DNA of 24,555 bases from an uncultured Gemmatimonadota bacterium. GTDB lineage: Bacteria > SM23-81. A model generated the notes under the pieces. It was not told the origin of the DNA, did not search any database, and worked only from the letters and a program-made list of their open reading frames with translations. Below are positions 12,092 to 21,574 of this stretch, piece by piece (position 1 is the stretch's first letter; each line of letters starts with the position of its first letter). The DNA lies in the NCBI GenBank assembly GCA_964584035.1, contig CAZOYL010000027.1:1-24555 (forward strand), in the 5' to 3' direction. A program made the position numbers and the translations under genes.

Positions 12092-12320
12092 TCCGGGAGA
12101 CAGAAAGCACGTGGTCGCCTTCCCCGCAGGGCCGGCGGCCAGCAAGCGGTCGGCCATCGGCGCCAGGCAGGGCCCCGCGGCTGCCCCGCGGCCCACGCCA
12201 CGGCTCTTCGGCCCCGACCTTTGGGGTCTCGCGTCTTGGAGCCCCTTTTTGCCGGCTTACGAACCTGGCGGACCAGCTCGCGGCCGGGCCGGACGGAACA
12301 CCTCCGGCTCGACGAGGAAA

Positions 12321-12408
12321 TGTTTCACGTGAAACACCGCGGCCCAAGGATAAGGAATGTTTCACGTGAAACACTGCCGCCCGAAGAAGGAATGTTTCAC
12401 GTGAAACA
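12321..12408. repeat. parS array: three perfect TGTTTCACGTGAAACA palindromes
   Basis: Copies at 12321-12336, 12358-12373 and 12393-12408 match the canonical bacterial parS. A degenerate fourth copy (11/16) is at 12428-12443. parAB lies about 3 kb downstream. Confidence 0.95.
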
Positions 12409-12492
12409 ATCGCCGGCCGATCGGCCATATTTCACGAGAGATCATGCCCCGGCACTCTGTTTTTAACGGCACGTATCGAGAGATGATCGCTG

Positions 12493-14433
<1,941 letters not shown>

Positions 14434-15116
14434 GCTGGGGTTCGATCTGTCGGAGGCACAGGTTCAGGCTTTCGTGGCCTACGAGAGAATGATCCGGCAG
14501 TGGAACCGGCTGGCCGGACTGGTCTCATCCAAGGATCTGGATCGCCTGGTGAGCCGCCATTTCCTTGACTCCCTGAGTCTTGCGCGCATACTGGTTCCTC
14601 TTCGGGGGGCCCGGGTACTGGATGTCGGCAGCGGAGGGGGATTTCCCGGCATACCCCTGAAGATCTGCTGCCCGGGGATCGACCTGACCCTGCTGGAGCC
14701 GCGGGAAAAACCCTGGTTTTTCCTCCGCCAGGTGGTGGCATCCCTGTCGTTGAAGCCGGTCTCATTGGTCAGAAAGCGGGCAGAGAGCCTTTCCGGCCGG
14801 GATGATGCCGGAGACCGTTTCCAGCTGGTGCTGGCCAGGGCCCTGGCCCCGCTGGATCGCCTGGTGAAGGTCTGTTCTCCACTGGTTTGCCCGGGAGGCA
14901 TCCTGGTGGCCTATAAGGGAAGCCGCTGGGCCCAGGAGCTGGCCGAGGCCGGTGAATCCGTTGGGGAGACCGCTGGCCGGCTGGCCGGCAGGCCGGTCGA
15001 GGTTCCAGGCCTTTCGGCCGGCAGGTGTCTGGTTCTCTGGCAGCGATCGTAACTGCCGATGCAGCAGTCAATATGGACAGCGTTTCGATGATCCCCGGGG
15101 ATCGAAGGTGATGATC

Positions 15117-15878
15117 ATGGGCCGTATTATCGCCGTGGCCAATCAAAAAGGGGGGGTGGGGAAAACCACCACCGCCGTGAACCTGGCCGCCTGCCTGGCG
15201 GTGGTGGAGCGGCGCACCCTGCTGGTCGATATCGATCCCCAGGCCAACAGCACCAGCGGCCTGGGAATCACCCCTCAGGAGGTGAACGTCAGCACCTACG
15301 AGATCCTCCTTCAGGAGGCCCCCCTTCGGGAGGCCATCCGGCCCACGGAAGTGCCCTATTTGGAGCTGGTTCCCGCGCATGTCCGGTTGGTGGGTGCCGA
15401 GGTGGAGCTGGTCAATGTGATCGCCCGGGAACGGCGGCTGCAGTCTGCGCTGGAGGAGATCGCTCAGGAGTATGACTACGTCATCATCGACTGTCCGCCG
15501 TCGCTGGGACTGCTCACGGTCAATACCCTGACGGCGGCCGACTCGGTGCTGATCCCCATTCAGTGTGAGTATTACGCCCTGGAGGGCCTGGGCCAGCTGC
15601 TGAACACCATTCGGCTGGTTCAGAAGCATCTCAATCCGGACCTGAAGATCGAGGGCGTTCTGCTGACCATGTTCGACAGCCGCCTGAATCTCTCCAAGCA
15701 GGTGGCCCGGGAGGCCCGGGAATATTTCGACAAGAAGGTCTTTCGAACCATCATCAGCCGGAATGTCAGGCTGGGCGAAGCGCCCAGCTTCGGCAAGCCG
15801 ATCATCCTCTATGACATTTTATCCACAGGTGCCGAGAACTACATGGCCCTGGCAAGGGAAGTGATGTCAAATGGCTAG
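15117..15878 (+). CDS. parA: Chromosome partitioning ATPase ParA/Soj
   Basis: [56 protein letters not shown]. Start set to ATG 15117 (253 aa) after GAAGGTG. Confidence 0.96.
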   Translation: MGRIIAVANQKGGVGKTTTAVNLAACLAVVERRTLLVDIDPQANSTSGLGITPQEVNVSTYEILLQEAPLREAIRPTEVPYLELVPAHVRLVGAEVELVNVIARERRLQSALEEIAQEYDYVIIDCPPSLGLLTVNTLTAADSVLIPIQCEYYALEGLGQLLNTIRLVQKHLNPDLKIEGVLLTMFDSRLNLSKQVAREAREYFDKKVFRTIISRNVRLGEAPSFGKPIILYDILSTGAENYMALAREVMSNG

Positions 15879-16773
15879 AAAGGCTTTGGGGCGCGGTATC
15901 GGCGCCATTATACCGGATGTCAGCTCGGTTCTCGATCACCGCAAGACGCCGCTGCTGGAGATCGAGCTGGACCATCTGGCCGCGAACCCCAGCCAGCCCC
16001 GAGAAGAGTTCGACCAGGGGGCACTGGAAGAATTAGCCAGGTCTATCGGCGAGAAGGGGATTCTTCAGCCGGTGGTGGTCAGATCGGTGAAGGATGGATT
16101 TCAGCTGATCGTCGGCGAACGGCGGGCCCGGGCGGCCCGACTGGCCGGCCTGAAAAAGATCCCCGCCATCGTGCTGGACGTTCAGCAGGAAAGCGAGATG
16201 CTGGAATTGGCCCTGATCGAGAATCTGCAGCGGGAAGATCTCAATCCCATCGACAAGGCCAGGGCTTATGAGAACCTCATCGAAGGCTGCGGCCTGACCC
16301 AGGAGGCCGTCTCCAAGCAGGTCGGAAAGGACCGGGCCTCTATTTCTAACACGTTGAGATTGCTAAAGTTGCCTGAAGATGTACAGAATATGGTGCGGAC
16401 TGGAAAGCTGTCCGCCGGGCACGCCCGAGCCCTCCTGGCGTTCGACAGCGGAAAGGATCAGTTGGCCATGGCTCGGCGGATCGCCCGGGGAGATCTGTCC
16501 GTGAGGGCTGTGGAAAGGATGGTCGCTCAGCGGCTGGGCCGCCGGAAGAGGGTCCGGACCCCCCGCCGGCAGCTCCCTTCGGAGGTTCGCGAGATCGCCG
16601 AGCGGCTCCAGCGGACCCTGGGCACCGCCGTGCGGATCATTCCCCGGGGCAAGGGCGGGCGGCTGGAAATCGAGTATTATTCCGATGCCGATTTGGACCG
16701 GCTGGTGGACATCATCGAGGGCGGCGGGGAAGATCGCGGTGAAACCCCGGAAAGGAATGGACGAAGCGGTTAA
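15871..16773 (+). CDS. parB: Chromosome partitioning CTPase ParB/Spo0J
   Basis: KALGRG N-terminus, NPSQPR, GERRARA CTP motif, [38 protein letters not shown]. Confidence 0.97.
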   Translation: MARKALGRGIGAIIPDVSSVLDHRKTPLLEIELDHLAANPSQPREEFDQGALEELARSIGEKGILQPVVVRSVKDGFQLIVGERRARAARLAGLKKIPAIVLDVQQESEMLELALIENLQREDLNPIDKARAYENLIEGCGLTQEAVSKQVGKDRASISNTLRLLKLPEDVQNMVRTGKLSAGHARALLAFDSGKDQLAMARRIARGDLSVRAVERMVAQRLGRRKRVRTPRRQLPSEVREIAERLQRTLGTAVRIIPRGKGGRLEIEYYSDADLDRLVDIIEGGGEDRGETPERNGRSG

Positions 16774-16781
16774 AAAAACAT

Positions 16782-16809
16782 TTGACAACGGTCGAAAAAT
16801 TGATATCTT
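16782..16809 (+). promoter_or_regulatory. Putative sigma70 promoter for the M23-bactofilin pair
   Basis: TTGACA 16782-16787, 16 bp spacer, extended -10 TGnTATCTT (TG 16801-16802, TATCTT 16804-16809), with an upstream A-tract. Confidence 0.65.
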
Positions 16810-16882
16810 GAAAAATTCGTTTTCCGCCCGTAGATGGGGCGTGAGGCCTGAAATATCAAGTCTGAAGCGCGAGGCGTGAGCC

Positions 16883-17719
16883 GTGATCGATTGGAAGCGT
16901 TCTGTTCAAGTTATCATCGTCCCCGAGAACGGGGATAGAACCTATACCGTCAGGATTCAGCGCGGCCTCATCTGTGTCCTGGGCACCCTGGTGATTCTCC
17001 TGACGGTGCTGTTTCTGTATATGATCGTTGCTCACAAATCATTGCTCACAAAAGCGATGCGAGCGGACCGCCTGAGCCGGGAAAATGCCGTCCTGCGGAC
17101 GCAGGCCCTCAAGATCGCCGAGCTGGAGGGCGATCTGGCCCAGCTGGGCGCCACCCGGCAGCATCTGTATCGCCTGGCCGGCCTTCCGGAGGAGAGCGGG
17201 GCAATGGATAAGGGGTCGCAGCGGGAGGGCGAAACGGCCCCGCTGCCCATGGAGCCGTCGGTCATAACGGCCGGTTTTGCGCTTGGGGATGTGTTGCCGG
17301 CCGCAACCGCATTCGATACGGCCGGGGCCGCGGTATCGACGCTGCCGTCCCTGTGGCCGGTGAGGGGCTGGATTACGGCCGAGTTCGATGAGGAGCTGCC
17401 GGGAAGAGAGGGGCGACACCGGGGACTGGATATTGCCGCCTCTCAGGGCACGCCGATCCTCTCGGCCGCCGAGGGGGTGGTCACCCTGTCGGGGTGGGAT
17501 ACCAACTTAGGATTGGTCGTGGTCGTCGACCATGACAACGGCCTGAGCACCCTCTACGGTCATTGTTCACAGGTCCTGGTCCAGGTGGAAGACCGGGTCC
17601 GGCAGGGGCAGGTCATCGCCCACCTGGGGAACACCGGACGGAGTTCGGCTCCCCATCTGCACTTCGAGATCCGAGAGGGCGGAGTGCCTGTCGACCCACG
17701 GGCCTATTTGGGACCATGA
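16883..17719 (+). CDS. Membrane-anchored M23 family metallo-endopeptidase
   Basis: Short cytoplasmic N-terminus, TM helix, coiled coil, then M23 domain with HRGLD (HxxxD), YGH, GNTGRSSAPHLHFE (HxH). Confidence 0.92.
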   Translation: MIDWKRSVQVIIVPENGDRTYTVRIQRGLICVLGTLVILLTVLFLYMIVAHKSLLTKAMRADRLSRENAVLRTQALKIAELEGDLAQLGATRQHLYRLAGLPEESGAMDKGSQREGETAPLPMEPSVITAGFALGDVLPAATAFDTAGAAVSTLPSLWPVRGWITAEFDEELPGREGRHRGLDIAASQGTPILSAAEGVVTLSGWDTNLGLVVVVDHDNGLSTLYGHCSQVLVQVEDRVRQGQVIAHLGNTGRSSAPHLHFEIREGGVPVDPRAYLGP

Positions 17720-17784
17720 GACGGAACGCCAAGAGATCATAGGGCCAGTTTGCAACCCCGGGCTGGTTCGTCAAGGAGGCGTGA

Positions 17785-18267
17785 ATGTTCGGCAAGGAGA
17801 GTGTTATGAAAACGGATGAGGGCAAGATCAGCACCATCATCGCCAAGGGAACCAAGATCACGGGCAACGTCGATATGCAGGGCAGCCTGCGGATCGACGG
17901 CCATGTCAAGGGGCAGGTGAATTCTTCGGAAACCCTGACGGTCGGCAGCAGCGGTGTGGTCGAGGGGGAGGTGCGGGTCAAGGAAGCCGTCGTCGGCGGC
18001 AAGGTCATGGGAAACCTGGTCGCCACCCAGAAGGTCGAGCTGGAGAGCAATGCGTCCATCCTGGGCGATGTGAAGACCCGCGTGTTCGTGATCAAGGAGG
18101 GCGGCATCTTTCACGGGAACTGCCAGATGAAGGCCGAGGGAGAGGGACAGAAGTCCAGGATGGAGTCCTCCGGGACGTCCGGGCTGGAGCCCAGGCCCTC
18201 CCCGATGGCGACCGCTCCGGGCCCGGGCAAACCCCAGGGATCGGGACCCCGAACGGGTAAGGAATGA
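17785..18267 (+). CDS. Bactofilin (polymer-forming cytoskeletal protein, DUF583)
   Basis: STIIAKGTKITGNV...LRIDGHVKGQV...G.V.GNL...IKEGGIFHGNCQM beta-helix repeats; N-terminal MFGK; AAGGAGG SD. Confidence 0.94.
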   Translation: MFGKESVMKTDEGKISTIIAKGTKITGNVDMQGSLRIDGHVKGQVNSSETLTVGSSGVVEGEVRVKEAVVGGKVMGNLVATQKVELESNASILGDVKTRVFVIKEGGIFHGNCQMKAEGEGQKSRMESSGTSGLEPRPSPMATAPGPGKPQGSGPRTGKE

Positions 18268-18282
18268 GCTTCGAGCGATCGA

Positions 18283-18388
18283 TGTGGATATGTGGACAAC
18301 CCCAAGAAGAATGTGGATAACAACATAATATACTATTAAACATGTTGTTAGGGCAAGCCTTTAAGAAGTTCATTTATGGTTATCCACA
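18283..18388. promoter_or_regulatory. Distal DnaA-box cluster with AT-rich core
   Basis: TGTGGATAT 18283-18291, TGTGGACAA 18291-18299, perfect TGTGGATAA 18312-18320 and perfect TTATCCACA 18380-18388. Confidence 0.85.
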
Positions 18389-18509
18389 AACAAACGGCCT
18401 GGCGTGGTGTTGCGAATCTTTATTAAAAAGATCAGGAATTTCTTGTCGACGGGTACGGCGGAGACGGTCGGACGGTTAAAACCGGCCGGTTAAAAAAAGG
18501 AGATCGTTC

Positions 18510-18824
18510 GTGGCCCTGAAGGCGTTAAAGGATGTTCGCGATGCCGAACAGCGGGCTCGGGAGCTGGTTGAGAAGGCCCGGTTGGAGGGGCGAAACGCTC
18601 TGCAGGCCGCAGAGAAAAACCGCCAGGAGGACCTCCGGGGAGCCCGGCAACAGGCCCGGGAGATGATCGAGAAACAGATATCCGAAGCTTCCGAGAAGGC
18701 TCGAAAGAAGATCGACTCGCTCCGGGAGAACCATGACCGAGAGCTGAAGGCGTTGCAGGAAGAGGCCGAAAAGAATCTGGACCGGGCGGTGGAGATGGTC
18801 CTGGATTCGCTCCGAGAGATCTGA
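18510..18824 (+). CDS. V/A-type ATPase peripheral stalk subunit G/H
   Basis: 104 aa highly charged helical protein (ALKDVRDAEQRARELVEKAR...NLDRAVEMVL); first gene of the operon; AAGGAG SD with GTG start. Confidence 0.85.
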   Translation: MALKALKDVRDAEQRARELVEKARLEGRNALQAAEKNRQEDLRGARQQAREMIEKQISEASEKARKKIDSLRENHDRELKALQEEAEKNLDRAVEMVLDSLREI

Positions 18825-18875
18825 AAGGTCTTTCGGCTCAACCCTTCTTGGGGCCCGGGGGCCCGGGAGGTCTTG

Positions 18876-20864
18876 TTGGCCGTCGCCAGAATGCAGAAAG
18901 CTCGTTTTCTGTTCCACGCATCCCTGAGAGAGGATGTCCTCGAGGAGCTGCAGCGCACCGGGCTGGTTCATCTCACCGGCTTGGAGGAAAGCCATCAGGG
19001 GCTGCCGGACGGCCTGGCTCCCCGGGGAGAGGAGGGCCTGGCCGAGCTGGAGACCGCTCTGTCGGGGATCGAGTTTGCCCTGGAGTTTCTGGGGCCGTTC
19101 GAGGAAAAAGGCGGACCCATAGAACGACTGAGCTCCTCACGGGTGGAGATGGATCAGGCCGAATACCGCCGGTTCGTGGAGCGGTTTGACGGCAGCGAGC
19201 TGGTCGCGGAATGCCGCCGCCTGGATCGTGAGCGATCCGGCCGGCGCGGTGAGATGGCCGAGAAGCAGTCGCTCCAGGAACAGATGCAGGGCTGGCTCGG
19301 CCTGGATATTCCCCTGGAGCAGGTCACATCCACCGGGAACGTCCGCACGGTGATGGGTTCGGTGCCGACCGGGAAAATGGATCTTTTAGCCGCCCGGCTG
19401 AGCCAGGTTTCACAGAAAGCTTGCCTGGAGCGGGCCGGCAGCTCGGGAACCGAGGAGAACGGCCTGCTGTTCTACCACCGCTCGGATCACGACGCCATTG
19501 TGCCCCTGCTGGAGGAGGCGGAGTTCACCGAGAAGCGGTTCTCCGGGCTGAACGGGACCCCCGGGCAGATCCGGCAGAGACTGGACCGGGAGTTATCCGA
19601 ACGTGAGAAGGAGCTCCAGGAGCTCGATCGGCAGGGCCGCCGGCTGGCCCAAGAGAGGCCCAAGCTGATGGTCCTGGCCGAGCACCTGGCCGACCGGCTG
19701 GAGAGAAGGCGGGCCGAGACGCTGATGGCCACCACCGAAAGGGTCTACCTGGCCGAAGGATGGCTTAAGAGAAAGGATTTCGGCCGCTGTCAGCGTCATC
19801 TGGAAAAGCTCTTCGGGCCGCTGTCGATGGAGGCCATCGAGCCGGCTCCCGGCGAGGAGCCGCCGGTGGAGCTGGACAACAGTCCCCTGCCAGCCTCCTT
19901 CGAGATGGTCATCGATCTGTACGGGCGGCCCAAGTACACGGAAATAGACCCGACCCCCTTTCTGGCCCCGTTTTTCGCCATCTTCTTCGGTCTCTGCCTG
20001 ACCGACGCCGGATACGGTCTGACCCTGACGACCATCTCGCTGGTAGCCCTGAAGAAGATGCGCCTGGGCCCCGGCATGCGTAAGCTGTTCCGGCTGATGC
20101 TGTGGAGCGGCCTGGCTACCATCCTGGCCGGCGTCGTCACCGGGGGATATTTCGGCATCGACTGGAACCAGTTCGATCCCCATGCACCCCTGGTCCGGGC
20201 CGTCATGGCCGTCAAGCTGTTCGATCCCATCGCCGACGCGATGACCTTTTTCAAGATCGCCATCACGCTGGGCGTGATCCATATCTTCGTCGGGCTGACC
20301 CTGCGTCTGGTCATCGGCATCCGCGAGGGACGGGCGCTGGCCGCGGTCTTGCAGCACGGCCCGTGGCTGCTGGCTGACGTCGGGGTGGGCATCTTCATGC
20401 TGTCCTTTCTTTCCCCGGTGGGAAAGGTCCTCTCCCAGATCGGCAACGTCACTCTGGTGGCAGGCCTGGGCGGCATCTTTCTGTTCAGCGGCATCGGGAC
20501 CAGAAATCCCATCGCTTACATCGGCAAGGGCCTGGGCGGCCTGTACGGCGTGATCAGCATATTCAGCGACATCCTGTCCTATTCCCGGCTGGTGGCTCTG
20601 GGACTGGCCACGGCCGTGGTGGCCGGCGTCATCGACACCCTGGGGATCCTGCTGGCCGATATTCCCTACATCGGCATCGTTTTCGCCATCGTCCTGTTCC
20701 TGGTGGCCCACCTGGCCTATTTGGCCATCTGCTGCCTGGGCGCCTTCGTGCACACGGCCAGGCTCAATTTCGTGGAGTTCTTCTCCAAATTCTACGAGGG
20801 AGGCGGGGAGCCTTTCCAGCCGCTGAGTAAACGGGGCCACTATGTCCGCTGGAAGGCCGAATGA
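18876..20864 (+). CDS. ntpI: V/A-type ATPase subunit I (a)
   Basis: YGRPKYTEIDPTP, FFGLCLTDAGYG, DILSYSRLVALGLA (essential Arg), VHTARLNFVEFFSKFYEGGG. Start likely TTG 18876 (or 18873) after GGGAGG. Confidence 0.96.
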   Translation: MAVARMQKARFLFHASLREDVLEELQRTGLVHLTGLEESHQGLPDGLAPRGEEGLAELETALSGIEFALEFLGPFEEKGGPIERLSSSRVEMDQAEYRRFVERFDGSELVAECRRLDRERSGRRGEMAEKQSLQEQMQGWLGLDIPLEQVTSTGNVRTVMGSVPTGKMDLLAARLSQVSQKACLERAGSSGTEENGLLFYHRSDHDAIVPLLEEAEFTEKRFSGLNGTPGQIRQRLDRELSEREKELQELDRQGRRLAQERPKLMVLAEHLADRLERRRAETLMATTERVYLAEGWLKRKDFGRCQRHLEKLFGPLSMEAIEPAPGEEPPVELDNSPLPASFEMVIDLYGRPKYTEIDPTPFLAPFFAIFFGLCLTDAGYGLTLTTISLVALKKMRLGPGMRKLFRLMLWSGLATILAGVVTGGYFGIDWNQFDPHAPLVRAVMAVKLFDPIADAMTFFKIAITLGVIHIFVGLTLRLVIGIREGRALAAVLQHGPWLLADVGVGIFMLSFLSPVGKVLSQIGNVTLVAGLGGIFLFSGIGTRNPIAYIGKGLGGLYGVISIFSDILSYSRLVALGLATAVVAGVIDTLGILLADIPYIGIVFAIVLFLVAHLAYLAICCLGAFVHTARLNFVEFFSKFYEGGGEPFQPLSKRGHYVRWKAE

Positions 20865-20948
20865 TGACCAGGCGAACGAGAATGCATCAAACATGAACCG
20901 AGCGAAAGAACACGGACAGATAGAACCCATCATCGGAAAGGAGGTTTC

Positions 20949-21542
20949 ATGTCGCTGGTGAGATCGAGGAGAGCCCGCCGCGTCGTTCTCGTCGCGGCCG
21001 TCATCCTGGCCGTCGCCACGCCGGCCCTGGCCCAGACGGGAGAGGCGGTCCCGGGTGGAAGCTGGTTTCGCTTCGGGCCGGTGACCCTGTGTATCGCCGG
21101 AGCGGCCCTGGCCGTGATCCTCTCGGGCATCGGATCGGCGGTGGGCATCGGCTACGCCGGGAGGGCCAGCCTGGGGGCGATGAGCGAAGGGACCAAGGAT
21201 TTTGCCAAGTATTTGATGCTCACGGCCCTTCCGGGAACGCAGGGGATTTACGGATTCGTCGCCGCCTTTCTGGTCATGCTGTGGAGCGGCATCATGGCCG
21301 GAGAGACCTCCGCCCTGACCATAGAGCGCGGCTGGCAGTTCTTCTATGCCAGCCTGCCGGTTGCTTTTGCCGGACTGTTCTCGGCCATTCAACAGGGCAA
21401 GGTCTGCGCCTCCGGCGTCAACATGACCACCAAACAGCCAGGCGAGGTCGGTAAAGCGCTGGTCCTGGGTGTGTTCGTGGAGTTCTACGCCGTTCTGGGG
21501 CTGCTCATCAGCATCCTGCTGTTGATCAGCATCCGGGGTTGA
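20949..21542 (+). CDS. ntpK: V/A-type ATPase rotor subunit K (c), four-TM Na+-type with N-terminal extension
   Basis: SGIGSAVGIG, LPGTQGIYGF, SAIQQGKV, VEFYAVLG; perfect AAGGAGGT SD. Confidence 0.95.
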   Translation: MSLVRSRRARRVVLVAAVILAVATPALAQTGEAVPGGSWFRFGPVTLCIAGAALAVILSGIGSAVGIGYAGRASLGAMSEGTKDFAKYLMLTALPGTQGIYGFVAAFLVMLWSGIMAGETSALTIERGWQFFYASLPVAFAGLFSAIQQGKVCASGVNMTTKQPGEVGKALVLGVFVEFYAVLGLLISILLLISIRG

Positions 21543-21574
21543 GGGGCGTCTGGGTCCAGACGGGAGAGGCTGGC

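Noticed and set aside
12321..12443. Possible CRISPR array
   Set aside because: The repeat is only 16 bp and equals canonical parS; spacers are 19-21 bp and resemble each other; no cas genes or leader.
12012..12466. ORFs in the mnmE-mnmG gap containing VSRET/MFHVK repeats
   Set aside because: These peptides are just translations of the parS palindrome, a known spurious-annotation pattern.
16767..16778. CGGTTAAAAAAA repeated at 16767 and 18487, similar at 8016
   Set aside because: Low-complexity A-tract; one copy includes the parB stop and another abuts an SD; best explained as UP-like or AT-rich spacer sequence.
18400..18413. Sigma54-like TGGC...TTGC upstream of the ATPase operon
   Set aside because: GG-to-GC spacing is 9 nt, not the strictly required 10.
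19593..21392. 599-aa minus-strand ORF and other long antisense ORFs (8873-9895, 12463-13386, 14769-15629, 22190-23350, 23229-24263)
   Set aside because: All lie opposite well-supported housekeeping genes and have shadow-type composition.
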